The notes: generated by a model from the sequence alone, not told the origin. A DNA stretch of 64,000 bases from Longimicrobiales bacterium (GCA_963664435.2 CAXXKM010000001.1:704001-768000), one strand, 5' to 3'; shown: positions 36,189-47,248, numbered from the stretch's first letter. Numbers and translations are program-made.

Positions 36189-37238
36189 ATGATTCGACCT
36201 GACGACAGTAGGCTCGACCCGGCGGATCTCCGCGCGGTCGAGGAGCAGGCCCACCGCCTCCTCGACCGCGCAGATGCTTGGAGCGAATTCCCGATCCCCG
36301 TCAACGATATTCTCTCCGCTGCCAAGGTCCACGTTGCCCGGACCACCGCTTTCGACCCGGCCGCAATCGTCTCTTACGTCAAGGACACGGCGGTCGACAC
36401 GGGCACCCTCGTTAAATCCGCGATCAGTAAGGTGTTCGGCGTATACGATGCCGGCGCCGCCGTCATCCATGTCGACCACACCCTTGTGGCAGCCAAGCAG
36501 ACCTTCCTCAAGCTGCACGAGGTGGGGCACCACGACCTTCCCACTCACCGCAAGATGTTCCGGTTCTTCCAAGACTGCCGGAAAACCCTGGACCCGACCA
36601 TCGCCGATCAGTTCGAACGTGAAGCCAACAACTTCGCGCGGTTCCTCCTGTTCAAGGGCCGTACCTTCGCTGAACACGCCGCCGATTACCCCTTCGAAAT
36701 CAAGACACCAATCACACTCGCCAGGAGATTCGGCGCTTCGGTTTACGCCTCTTTTCGTGAGTATGCGCGTACCAACCCGAGGCCGTGCCTCGTTCTTGTT
36801 CTCAACCAACCTGAAACCACCGAGAGTACCGGCGTCCGCGCGACGGTTCGACGCATCGAACCCTCACCCTCCTTCCTCACCCGCTTCGGCCGGCCGTCGA
36901 TCGAGACCGTTACTCCCGACCATCCGCTTTGGCCCGTCGTTCCCCTTGGCCGCAGAATGACCCAGCCGATGTCGCTGCCGTTCGCCGACTGCAACGGGCT
37001 ACAACACGAATGCGTCGCCGAAGCGTTCGATACTACGTACAACATCCTGATCCTGCTCTATCCTCTGAGCGCACTCAACACCAAGCGTATTCTCGTGCCA
37101 GCCGCAATAGACTCCGCCGAGCGGACGAGCTCCGTATCCGTTCCGCGCCAAGGCGTCCACGCATCTGGATCTACGGAACCTCTGCAGACGGTGGAAGGAA
37201 GGGCCGGCGCTGTTAGCGAAGCGCCGAAACCGGCCTGA
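36189..37238 (+). CDS. ImmA/IrrE metallopeptidase (CapP-like)
   Basis: FLKLHEVGHH HExxH; EREANNFA...LLF. Confidence 0.88.
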   Translation: MIRPDDSRLDPADLRAVEEQAHRLLDRADAWSEFPIPVNDILSAAKVHVARTTAFDPAAIVSYVKDTAVDTGTLVKSAISKVFGVYDAGAAVIHVDHTLVAAKQTFLKLHEVGHHDLPTHRKMFRFFQDCRKTLDPTIADQFEREANNFARFLLFKGRTFAEHAADYPFEIKTPITLARRFGASVYASFREYARTNPRPCLVLVLNQPETTESTGVRATVRRIEPSPSFLTRFGRPSIETVTPDHPLWPVVPLGRRMTQPMSLPFADCNGLQHECVAEAFDTTYNILILLYPLSALNTKRILVPAAIDSAERTSSVSVPRQGVHASGSTEPLQTVEGRAGAVSEAPKPA

Positions 37239-37260
37239 AGCAAATGGAGCGCGATACTCT

Positions 37261-39758
37261 ATGACCGAAGGGCTACGACAACGGACTGGGAAGATTGCGA
37301 TCGCTCTCTCAGGGGGTGGTCACCGTGCCTCGTTGTTTGGACTCGGCGTGTTAATCTATCTCACCGACGCAAGTCGGAACCGAGATGTCGTGTCTATTTC
37401 TTCGGTGTCAGGTGGATCACTTACGAATGCCTGCCTGGCCCAGAGCGGAGACTACTCCAACCTCACACCGGAAGAGCTGGAAAGTCGCATCGTCCGACCC
37501 TTAGCTCGACGAGTGGCGCACCTCGGTACACTCTGGGCGTCCTGGACTACATGGATCTACGTCGTCACGCTATTTGCTGGAATCGCGGCGTTGGTCGCGC
37601 TTTACTGGCTCCCGGTGGATCTCCTCTCGCGCACGATCTATTTCGTTCTCGGGCTTACCGGTTGGGGCCTCCTCGCCGCCTTTCGAGGCAAGATGTGCGC
37701 CCTAGTGTAGTGTCGCATAAGTGGCAGGGTTAACGCATGGAGAAGCCGCTATCTTCCATGCATGCCTGCTCTGCGAAGGATTCGATTGCGACCCGGGGAC
37801 CGCAAGGAGCTCGAGGGATGGGTTCGAGCCCGCACGACCCCGCAGCGGCGCGTGGAGCGCGCCCGGATCATACTGGGTTCGGCCGGAGGTTTGCCGGGCC
37901 GGACGCTGGCCCGCGAGATCGGCGTCTCGCTGCCGACCGTGCAAAGATGGCTGGACCGGTACGACGAAGAGGGGCTCGCGGGACTTGAGGATCGGTCCCG
38001 CCCCGGTCGGCCGCGAAGTACGATCACGCCCGAAGTCGAGGCCGAGGTCGTGCGCCGCACGCTCGAGGAGAAACCGCCGCGGGGGACGCACTGGAGCACC
38101 CGCCTGATGGCCGAGGGCATGGGGCTGCATCACAGCCAGGTGGGGCGGATCTGGAACGCCCACGGACTGAAGCCCCACAGGGTGCGCTACTTCAAGCTCT
38201 CCACCGATCCCCGCTTCGTCGAGAAGCTCCGCGACGTGGTGGGGCTCTACGTGGCGCCGCCGGAGCGGGCGATCGTCTTCTCCTTCGACGAGAAGAGCCA
38301 GATCCAGGCCCTGGACCGGACCCAGCCGGGGTTGCCGCTCAAGAAGGGACGGGCGGGCACCATGACGCACGACTACAAGCGCCACGGGACCACGACGCTG
38401 TTCGCGGCGCTGGACGTCGCCACCGGAGAGGTCATCCACCAGTGTCTGCCCCGTCACCGGCACCAGGAGTTCCTCCGCTTCCTGCGCACCGTCGAAAAAC
38501 AATGCGACCCGGAACTCGACCTGCACTTCATCCTCGACAACTACGCCACCCACAAGCATGCCCGAGTGAAGGACTGGCTGGACCGGCACCCCCGAGTCCA
38601 CTTCCACTTCGTGCCCACCTCGTCCTCGTGGCTCAATCTCGTCGAGCGCTTCTTCTCCGAACTCACGCAGCGCCAGCTCAAACGCCTCGCCGTCCACAGC
38701 GTCGGCCAGCTCGTCCACGCGATCACGTCCTACATCGACCACAGGAACCGCGCCCCGAAACCCTTCGTCTGGACCGCCACCGTTCGCGACATCCTGGCTA
38801 AGGTCAACCGTGCCAACACCGCTTTAGCGGCACAACACTAGCCTTCCGGCGGACCCTCTACTCGGCGGGCAGACGCCCCAAGCTGCTTCGCGAAATCGAA
38901 CGCAAGAATGTGCAGCACATCATTTGTGCGACAGACGTGCGCGCAGGGCACCATGTGTATTTCTCGGGTGATTTCGTGTGCTCCTATCGGCTCGGATGGG
39001 GGTGTCCCGCTGATTTCCGCTTGGCCGATGCCGTACAGTCATCGGCAGCATTCCCCGGTGCGTTCCCACCACGTTGGATACCCACCAAGCAGCACAGCTT
39101 TGCGGACGGTGCTCGAAAGACTCCCCGGTACATGGTGTTGTCAGACGGCGGAGTCTACGACAACATGGCCGAACAGTGGCCCATCGGAGTACGTTCCCGC
39201 CAGAGACGGTGGCCGACGCAGTCCGGTGCGCTCAAGGCACCCAATTCGCTAGTAGTCGTCGATGCGTCCGGACCGATGCGATGGGCATCCGTCCGGCGAC
39301 TGCGCGTGCCGGCTATTGGGGAGATTTTCGCGTTGCTCCGCGTCATCGGTGTGCTTTACGATAAGACGACAACCACACGCCGGAGCACCTTGGTGGACCG
39401 GTTTGATCGCGCGGCACGAAAGGGACGAGGCCTCGAAGGGGCTCTTGTCATGATCAATCGTAGTCCGTATCGGACTGCGGACTACTTCAGCAAGCGAACC
39501 GAGACTTGGCCTGATCGGGCCAAGCGCGCGACCCGCGTACTCCAGGTGCTCGGCGACGAGAACCGTGAGAGGTGGGAAAACCTCGCTGACGAGAATCTCC
39601 GCGTGAAAACCACACTCTCGCGCCTTGGAGGCGAGGTGGCCGCCGGTCTTCTCTACCACGGATATGTGTCAGCAATGGCCAACTTGCACGTTATCCTTGG
39701 CTTCCCTCTGCTCCCGGTTCCGCCTGTTGACCGCTTTAGGCGGATGGTCGCTAGGTAA
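37261..39758 (+). pseudogene. Patatin-like phospholipase with TM insert, interrupted by IS630 copy 2
   Basis: SGGGHRA and SSVSGGS before the IS, SDGGVYDN after; removing the IS plus one TA rejoins MCALAFRRTLYS...VQHIICATD in frame. Confidence 0.88.
37705..38838 (+). mobile_element. IS630-family element, copy 2 (transposase 37762-38841)
   Basis: Transposase translation identical to copy 1; same 1134-bp length; CTAG target. Confidence 0.95.
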
Positions 39759-40068
39759 GTAGGCCAATGAGCGCGGCGGTCTTCTCGGATGTGCGCGCAT
39801 CAGTCAATCTAGGATTGCCCCGCGCCCAAGTGTCTTCAACACAAGCCAACCGAGATTCGCCCCACACGTCGGCCCGGCGCTGAGGCGCCAAGACATCCTT
39901 GTGTTTTGCCCCTTCGCTCCATGCGGGTTGGCGCAGATCGTCCGATTCTGGCTGCATGTTCACGCAGCCTATCTTCAGCGATCAACCTCATGCACTGGGG
40001 ACGAACGATCTGCCCTTCTTCCCGTTGTCCAACCAAATGTTGGCTGTCGGTGACCGGATCCCGCACGG

Positions 40069-41013
40069 GTGGTCGGCCTTGGAGAGGATCCCCAGTGCTC
40101 AGTGCAGCTAGCTAGGTCAGCGTTTTGGGCCGTGTGCGACCCCGCCAGGTACCTGGTCAAGGGGGAGTGCGGGAAGAGCCCTGCGGAGCGGGTGCGGATG
40201 ATCGATCGGGACGGACCGTTGAGTCTTTCGAGGCAGTGTGCGCTGCTGGGGGTGAGCCGGTCGTCGCAATACTACCGGCCGAAGGGGGAGAGCGCGGAGA
40301 ATCTGGCGCTGATGCGGCGCATGGACGAGCTGCACATGGCGTATCCGTTCTACGGCAGCCGGCAACTGATGCGGCATCTGCGCCGCGAGGGCGTCACCGC
40401 GGGCCGGCACCGGATCCGGCGGCTCATGCGCATGATGGGGATGGAGGCGACCTACCGGTGGCCGCGCACGAGCGTGGCGAGCCCGGAGCACCGGGTCTTT
40501 CCGTACCTGCTGCGCGGCCTGACGATCTCGCGGGCGGACCACGTGTGGTGCGCGGACATCACCTATGTCCCTGTGACGCAGGGCTTTTTCTATCTTGTGG
40601 CCGTGATGGACTGGGCGACCCGGCACGTGCTCGCGTGGCGGCTGTCGAACACGATGGACGCGTCGTTCTGCGTCGAAGCCCTGGACCACGCGCTGGGCTG
40701 GCGGGCTCCGGAGATCCTGAACACCGATCAAGGCGCCCAGTTCACCAGCGAGGCGTTTACGGACCGGGTGCTGGCGGCGGGCGTGACGTTCTCGATGGAC
40801 GGCCGGGGCCGCTTCCTCGACAACATCTTCATCGAACGGCTGTGGCGGTCGCTGAAGTACGAGGCGGTGTACTTCCACGAGCTGCGGGACGGCCTCGACG
40901 CCAAACGCATCATCGGCTCGTGGATCGACTTCTACAACGAGGTGCGCCCACACTCGTCGCTGGACGGACGGACGCCGGGCGAGGCTTATCGCGAGCGCGC
41001 GGAGGCGTGGTGA
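40069..41013 (+). mobile_element. IS3-family transposase OrfB; OrfA apparently missing
   Basis: PFYGSR, VWCADITY, NTDQGAQF, DNIFIERLWRSLKYE. Confidence 0.85.
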
Positions 41014-41269
41014 GGACGATCCGGCGCAACGCCACCCAACCGACGCAACGACGCCTGCGAGCGTGGGAATTGCCGCACGCCGGTTCCCTCCGTCCACCCG
41101 TCGGCAGCGAGTCCCGACGGGAAGACGGAGGTTATGTTCAAACCGGGCTCGGGGGAAAGCGTCCAGACCGACCGGCTCGGGACCCCGCCGGTCCCCGGTC
41201 AGACGCGCTCGGCCCGGGCTCGAGCGAGATCACCGAGGGCTTTGGAGACCATCGGAATCCACCTTAAGC

Positions 41270-41425
41270 GGCAATCGAACGTCCCGCCGGGCTCGAAGTC
41301 CAGATGCAGGTCCAGGCCGCGCTTCGCCGCGTCGAACTCCGTCCGCTTCGCCCGCCACGGCCACCCCGAACAGCGAGGAGCCAGTGTTATTCCCTTGGTC
41401 GAACGACTGCGGCGTTCTTCCAACC
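41270..41425 (-). pseudogene. ISL3-family transposase N-terminal remnant
   Basis: PWRAKRTEFDAAKRGLDLHLDFEPGGTFDC. Confidence 0.55.
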
Positions 41426-41432
41426 CTTCCAC

Positions 41433-43715
41433 CTATCTTGGGGTCAGCGCCAGCGGCCTGGTCCCCTGCTCGGCGAAGATGACCTCAATTCCCATGTCGG
41501 TTGCAATCACCATCAACGCGGGCGCTGAGTCCATCTCCATAACAGCGGCCAGCCAGTCGATCTGGCGAATATCGCGCAGACTGGGCTGACCGGTTGCGCC
41601 CGGAGGATGGGAATGCCATTCACCAACGTAGCGCACCTGTCCCGATGTTCGTCTGCGTATCCGGTCGATGTATTCTCCTACCCCCCGCACGCCTCGCTCG
41701 AAGCTTCCAATATTCTCGATACTATCATCAGGTGCCGCTGCCGCATGCACCAAGCAGATCGACCTCGAGAGAACATCAACTACTCCAAACAGCATGCCCC
41801 CAGTCTCAACCGGGAGTTTCTCTTCGCGCATCGCGAGTATCTGCCGTACAACACCGGCATCCGTCGTGATCTTCCAATCATTCTTCCCAAGGTAGCGAGC
41901 TACTTGATCGGGTGGAGCTGCATCGAGGGTCACCTCGCCGTTCGAAGCAAGCGTCCACACAGCGAGAACCGCTTCTGGTTGGTCTACCGCGTCACCCAGT
42001 TTCATGGCCACCAGCCCTGCCAACACTGACACGTTTGACTGCGGGAAGCGATTGCTGATCGCTCGACAACCACCTGTGTAGGCGAATGTTTCAACCGACC
42101 GGTCCAGATGACTCTTGAGGCTCCCAGTTTCCAACACAAGACGATAATACTGTGCCTCCAAGTCGCGTAATGTGAGGGCCCGGTCGGCGGGCTCCGCCAG
42201 CAACACGGCGGCTTCGCCTGACGGATTGAAGAACGTACTGATTCGGCGAGCTCGCCCATTATGATCCGAGATTCTGCGCGCGGCGCCAATAGACGCTGTC
42301 GCGTCAACAATCAGATCCGCTGCGGACATCGCCGACGAGATCGACCTGCCGGGCTCACCACCTGCAAATAGATCATTCGGGAGCGCGCACGCGATTGCCT
42401 CTCGCCCCGCGACCACAGCGTTGAGGTGGTCAGCAACGACATGTGCCTTGTGGTAGCCAATTCGATCATTGTGCCCGATATGGCGGGCGAGGTTGTGGGG
42501 CAGCATTCGGTCGGGATCGATCACCGTCCAAGAGAATCGGCCTTCTCGGGCCAAGCAGTCCGCAATCGCGGAACCCAACGCTCCCGCGCCGATCAAGACA
42601 GCGTGCCGCGAATCCGGCTCGTCCCGCCCAGCAAGGCGCGCAGCTAGGTCACGCTCAAACTCAAGATGCACCTCCGCACACTCGATGGCCAGCGGCTTCA
42701 AGGCCGAAGCGTCCGCAACCTTGGCACCGATGCGCTTGAAGTATCCGACTGTTCCATCCTGCTGTTGCCTATCGTCTTTCAGTGCAATACCGAGCACGAC
42801 ACCGATTTTCCCGACTGGCTGCTCGCTGACAAAGGCCCGCAAATCTGCACCGTCCTGTAGATCGCCGGGCGATGCACGCACCGGCATTTCAACCATTACG
42901 GCAAGAAGTGAGTTGAGTAGCCACCGCGCGCCCCCATCGGCGAGCAAGTTCGAAAGAAGGCGGTTCAGGTCATCAACAAGGACAATTCCGTTCTCTCCTA
43001 GTGTGGTCGACAGTTCATACAAGTTGACAGGCATATGTCTGAGTCGCCGATTCCCTTGCGCCGGCAATCTGTATGTCATGACACAGACTGGCAATCGTAG
43101 TCTGTCGGTGCCGTCGCAGTCCTGCAACCGCTTGACCCGCAGGATGGGGCTGTGCTCATGCTCCTGTTCGGTTATCAGGACCTCCGTGGTCTCTTCGTCC
43201 CATACGGACCGCTCGGTTACGAAGCTGAACTCACTGAGCGAGAACACCGGGTCGAGGGGTTGGCGAGTGTCGTGTAGCTTGCCGACCGATGCACGCTCGA
43301 ACCACGAAAGGACACGAGTGAGTAATTCAGCCGGCGTCCATCCCAAACTGGCTTCCGCCCACGGACGGTCATCAATACAGATGGCCGCGGGATGTCCCCG
43401 GGGAACAAGCATTTGATGCTCCGTTTCTGGAAAGTCGTCACGTAGCATCACCATCAACGGCATGCTCCCCCTCCGAAAGAGCACGCCAATCCGTTCGACG
43501 CGGCGTATTGGATGGACTGGTTCCTGTGGGGAGCCCGTGCAGATTTCAAGAATCACGAGTTCTCCGCCATCATTCCGGCGAAGCTCGACTACATCTGCTA
43601 CTCCATCGCCGTAGCGTTCCACAAACTTCACCACCGCCCCGGCATGCGGATTGCCGAGGCCATTCCAATCGGTGACCAACTCGGCATAGTTGGCCACCCA
43701 TCTCTCCGTCCTCAA
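41433..43715 (-). CDS. E2-E1(ThiF)-JAB triple fusion
   Basis: E2: FPETEHQ...AICID (Cys); E1: GAGALGS, DPDRMLPHNLARH, DATAS, GGCR; JAB: ETGG...VGEWHSHP...PSLRD. Confidence 0.9.
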   Translation of the reverse strand: MRTERWVANYAELVTDWNGLGNPHAGAVVKFVERYGDGVADVVELRRNDGGELVILEICTGSPQEPVHPIRRVERIGVLFRRGSMPLMVMLRDDFPETEHQMLVPRGHPAAICIDDRPWAEASLGWTPAELLTRVLSWFERASVGKLHDTRQPLDPVFSLSEFSFVTERSVWDEETTEVLITEQEHEHSPILRVKRLQDCDGTDRLRLPVCVMTYRLPAQGNRRLRHMPVNLYELSTTLGENGIVLVDDLNRLLSNLLADGGARWLLNSLLAVMVEMPVRASPGDLQDGADLRAFVSEQPVGKIGVVLGIALKDDRQQQDGTVGYFKRIGAKVADASALKPLAIECAEVHLEFERDLAARLAGRDEPDSRHAVLIGAGALGSAIADCLAREGRFSWTVIDPDRMLPHNLARHIGHNDRIGYHKAHVVADHLNAVVAGREAIACALPNDLFAGGEPGRSISSAMSAADLIVDATASIGAARRISDHNGRARRISTFFNPSGEAAVLLAEPADRALTLRDLEAQYYRLVLETGSLKSHLDRSVETFAYTGGCRAISNRFPQSNVSVLAGLVAMKLGDAVDQPEAVLAVWTLASNGEVTLDAAPPDQVARYLGKNDWKITTDAGVVRQILAMREEKLPVETGGMLFGVVDVLSRSICLVHAAAAPDDSIENIGSFERGVRGVGEYIDRIRRRTSGQVRYVGEWHSHPPGATGQPSLRDIRQIDWLAAVMEMDSAPALMVIATDMGIEVIFAEQGTRPLALTPR

Positions 43716-44845
43716 CAGCCGGCCCGCGGCGTCTCCGAGGCTACGGACGTGGTGACCATCGAAGCCCCAATAATCGCCGCGACACCTTGCGCCGTGATCT
43801 TGAAGCCGAAGGGCCGAGGCCTGGCCTCTGAGGGCTTCTCCATTGTCACGACGAAGTCGCCGTCAAGGGCCTCCGCTACGGATCGGTAGTAGTTGGCCGC
43901 CTGGCGGTGTGGCGGTTGCTTATCCTTATCGTCTTCAGTCCCCTTCTCGGGTATCTTCCAGCTCGTCGACACCATTACCCCTCGCTCGCGACCCTGGGTT
44001 TCGAAGAGCCACTCTACGTCCGGCGTAGCCTTGGTCTGGTCTTCGCCACGCTCGGAGCCCAAGGCCTTGTACGAGCAGTGATGGCAGATCTTCAGCAGAT
44101 CCCAGAGCAGCCGATCCTCATTGCCGTGGCTTTTTGTCAGTGAGACAATCGCTGAGATGGTATCGTGGTTGACATCCGACCCGAGTAACAGATAGGAGTC
44201 ACGCCCTCCCTCACGGAAGGTAACCTGCATGACAATTGACTCTTCGTTCCGGTCGATGACCGTGTTCTCGTCAGATCGCCACGCGAATGGACAATGAGCA
44301 AAGAACTCCGCCTGGGCCGACTCCTCCTTCTTATAACCAGGAACCAAGGAGCCGGCGGTGACGATCAAGTGCTTGTGTTTCTCGTAGTCCAACTCGTTAT
44401 CCTCCATCCACTTCTTCATCCGCTTTGGCCGGGAAAAGACTCGCACACCTTTCCCTTTCTTGAAGCGGTGCCGTGCCTCGGCCCGAATGAGCCTCGCATC
44501 GCCCTTGAGATTCTCTTCCAACACGGCTGCTGCAGGGACCCACAGTTCATCAATCTTGATCCGATCGTCACTCTGGTACTTCTTTGCGTGTTCAAGCCAG
44601 AAGAACTCGCCGAATCCCTTGCAATGATCGCTGTCGATGTGGGTGATGCACACTGCGTCGTAGTGGGTGCGGCCGGCCCTACGGAGGTCGAGCTTTAGTT
44701 CCTTCGGAAGATCGCACCGAAGATCTCCGTTGTCCTGTGAATTGCGTGTGTTAGCGTAGTCCACGAGTATTTTGCGGCCATCTGCCAGGTCGATACGCTG
44801 CGTATCGGCGTTTCCGAGCGGAAAGAAGTGGATTGCTGCTGTCAT
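43712..44845 (-). CDS. Metallo-beta-lactamase-fold hydrolase with C-terminal ...PRAG-C tail
   Basis: FFPLGNAD, THIDSDH, GSD, HHCS; stop overlaps the E2-E1-JAB start. Confidence 0.85.
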   Translation of the reverse strand: MTAAIHFFPLGNADTQRIDLADGRKILVDYANTRNSQDNGDLRCDLPKELKLDLRRAGRTHYDAVCITHIDSDHCKGFGEFFWLEHAKKYQSDDRIKIDELWVPAAAVLEENLKGDARLIRAEARHRFKKGKGVRVFSRPKRMKKWMEDNELDYEKHKHLIVTAGSLVPGYKKEESAQAEFFAHCPFAWRSDENTVIDRNEESIVMQVTFREGGRDSYLLLGSDVNHDTISAIVSLTKSHGNEDRLLWDLLKICHHCSYKALGSERGEDQTKATPDVEWLFETQGRERGVMVSTSWKIPEKGTEDDKDKQPPHRQAANYYRSVAEALDGDFVVTMEKPSEARPRPFGFKITAQGVAAIIGASMVTTSVASETPRAGC

Positions 44846-45023
44846 TTCGTGCTCCTCGGGGTTCCCGATGAAAAGTGAGATTGATTGTGTTGACGATATG
44901 TCTCGCCGAGCATCGGTTCCTTTCGGTTGCTCAGCAAACAGCGATCTGTAACGGGACAATTGTCCGAGTCTTGTCGGATGTAGAACATGTCACCGCTACC
45001 GACGACTGGGGCATTCACGATGC

Positions 45024-45746
45024 TCAAGTGCGGGTCTCCAAGTCGAGTGCGGCCTCCAGGAGGTATCGAGCGTAGCGGTCGGCGGTGATGCGCACGGTCG
45101 CCGAACGAACCCCGATCAGCCAACCGACAGCAACACAGGTGTTAAGAAGAGTAGTGACGAAGGGTACCGGTAGAATGACACCGTCGGTGTGCCATCCGCG
45201 AAGGAGGGACCATCCCGAAGCCACCAGCGCGAGGATGGTGATGGCAAGACCAACTGGTTTCAGGCCGAGCAGATTTCGCCGAAATCCGTACTCGATGTTG
45301 CCCTTGTAGACGAGATGGAAACGTTCAGAGTCCCGGGTCCGCCGACGGATATCATCAACAGCTGATCCGTAGAGTTCGAGTGCCCGCTCTCGGTCCGCCT
45401 TTTCCTCTTCGGACGTAGGGACCCGAAGCCCCAACGCCCGCAATTGGGCATGGATCCGCGCGCGAGTGGCAGGGTTGAATTGCTCGTTGTCGTGTCGCAG
45501 GAATCGCGTTGTGGGCGGACCGCCCCAGGATTCCCACAAAGCCGGCTCCAGCCGCTTTCCGAAGTCCGAGGCGACTTGGCTCATGAAATACGAGAGCGGC
45601 AGGAAGACGATGGCGGACGCCCCGGCGAGTGGCAGGTTCAGCCCTTCAGGGAGAGTCGCGGCGACCGCTAGCACGACCGGTGCGGCCGTAAGGTACACTG
45701 GTAAAACCCGTGCTCCCCAAGTGTAGCTATCGAGCGTGAAGTCCAC
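45024..45746 (-). CDS. Multi-TM membrane protein of unknown function
   Basis: About 4 hydrophobic segments flanking a soluble loop WGGPPTTRFLR...NIEYGFRRNLLGLK. Confidence 0.7.
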   Translation of the reverse strand: MDFTLDSYTWGARVLPVYLTAAPVVLAVAATLPEGLNLPLAGASAIVFLPLSYFMSQVASDFGKRLEPALWESWGGPPTTRFLRHDNEQFNPATRARIHAQLRALGLRVPTSEEEKADRERALELYGSAVDDIRRRTRDSERFHLVYKGNIEYGFRRNLLGLKPVGLAITILALVASGWSLLRGWHTDGVILPVPFVTTLLNTCVAVGWLIGVRSATVRITADRYARYLLEAALDLETRT

Positions 45747-45748
45747 GT

Positions 45749-45967
45749 TTAATCGAGCCCCAGCCTGAGTCTTGCCCGTTCCGCTGCTGCTCTTTCTTGC
45801 ACCGCCCTGCCAACTACCGTTCGGTCCGATAGCCGGATCGGCGGCTTCGGCTGAGAGTATTCGGGTGGGCGCGGGGGCTGCCCCGGTGGATTCGCAGGTG
45901 GGTGCGGGGGCCTTGGAGGATGCTCGGGCGGCCTCGGGGACCTTGGAGTGTAGTCGGCCGATGACAT
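45749..45967 (-). CDS. Small proline-rich protein
   Basis: PRPPEHPPRPPHPPANPPGQPPRPP; GGAG RBS; stop 2 bp before the next start. Confidence 0.5.
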   Translation of the reverse strand: MSSADYTPRSPRPPEHPPRPPHPPANPPGQPPRPPEYSQPKPPIRLSDRTVVGRAVQERAAAERARLRLGLD

Positions 45968-46544
45968 GGCGAATCGCTCCTCGCTTTCGAGGGTCGGAGA
46001 ATTAGGGGGGCCAGTAGTTTACCCCATTGCTGAGGAGTGTCAAGGACCCCCACAACATCTTGGGGGTCTACCTGCTGCTATCCCCTACGGATGGTTGTTT
46101 GGGACCCGCTGGAGATCTACGGTTTTCCGGCGCTGGTGTACCGTCGCCAGCCCCTCCACGTGGGCTGAGAAGATCGAGAGCGCCGTCACGCTGTTCCTCC
46201 CTCGACGACCCTTGAACGCGCTCTGGCCCCACCCCGGCGGTCAGACGCTGTTTGCTCCGCACCCGCCCGCCGATCCGGCGGCGGACCCAGGCATACAGCC
46301 TGCCACGTGTGTCACTGCTTCCCGATCCCCCGCCGTTTCTGGCTCTCCCGATAGGGCAGGCGCGCTCTCCCCCCAGTTGCCCGCACCCTTCACGCGTGCG
46401 GCACCGACAATGGGTCTTACGCTGGTCACCCATGATTAGGCCGGCCGAGGATTTCGTGAATCGTGTCCAGGATGACGCTGAGCGCCGCCATCTGTCCCCC
46501 TTTAAGTCGCTTTCGGCTGATTGCCCTCGGCCGAAAGGATGGCT

Positions 46545-47060
46545 TCAGGAGCGGCAGGTACATTGGTCACGAGGCCCGCCGCGCGACCGCCGCCCCTGGT
46601 CGCCCTTGGAGCGGCGGACGGTGACGCGGGCGGACCCGTCAAGACGGAACTCCACATCGGCCCATCTGAGCGTAGCGGCTTCGGAGCGCCGCGGCATGGC
46701 GTCCCGCATGGCCGATACGAGCGCGATGTCCGCCTGGCCGCGGCGGCGCGCGGCGCGCGCGCTCTCGGTCCTGCCGCGGGGATCCGTGCGCGGCAGCTGA
46801 GCCGTCGCACGGATCGCGGCCAAGCCTTCTTCCGTCAGGGTGGCGGCCTGCCTCGGGATGCGACCTTCCCACGCCGCCTCGCGGGTGAGTCCGCGGAGCA
46901 CCCGGCGCACTCCCTCGTTGTCGGCGGGGTTGGGCTGTCCGGCTTCGGTGGGATGGTAGCGGATCGCCGCCCGGTCCATGCGGAGCGATGCGAGCGACAG
47001 GCCGTAGTCCGCCCGCCAGGCCAGGTACGCCGCCACCGTTTCCGGGGCCACGGGCATGGT
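46545..47060 (-). pseudogene. Cre-like tyrosine recombinase fragment (catalytic C-terminus lost)
   Basis: PETVAAYL...NPADNEGVRRVLRG...RDAMPRRSEAATLRWADV...DGSARVTVRRSKGDQ. Confidence 0.8.
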
Positions 47061-47171
47061 GCTTAAGCCTCCCGGTCGGCCCACGCTTGGAAACGGCTCC
47101 ACGCGGCGTCGCAGTTGCGGCGCAGGCTGGCGTTGTGGGAGGCCCGGGCTGCGTCGACGACCCGGCGCCAA

Positions 47172-47248
47172 GTTCCACCATTCGGGCCGGTTGATGGTGC
47201 GAAGATCCAGCGCGTGAACGAATCCGTCCTGGCGGAAGTGCAGTGACG
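47172..47248. repeat. About 80-bp diverged direct copy of 55834-55913
   Basis: Shared CCATTCGGGCCGGTTGATGGTGCGAAGATCCAGCGCGTG...CCTGGCGGAAGTGCAG. Confidence 0.9.

Noticed and set aside
46049..46072. Hairpin GACCCCCA-N8-TGGGGGTC resembling the IS3 end at 47958
   Set aside because: Similarity too short to call the matching IS terminus
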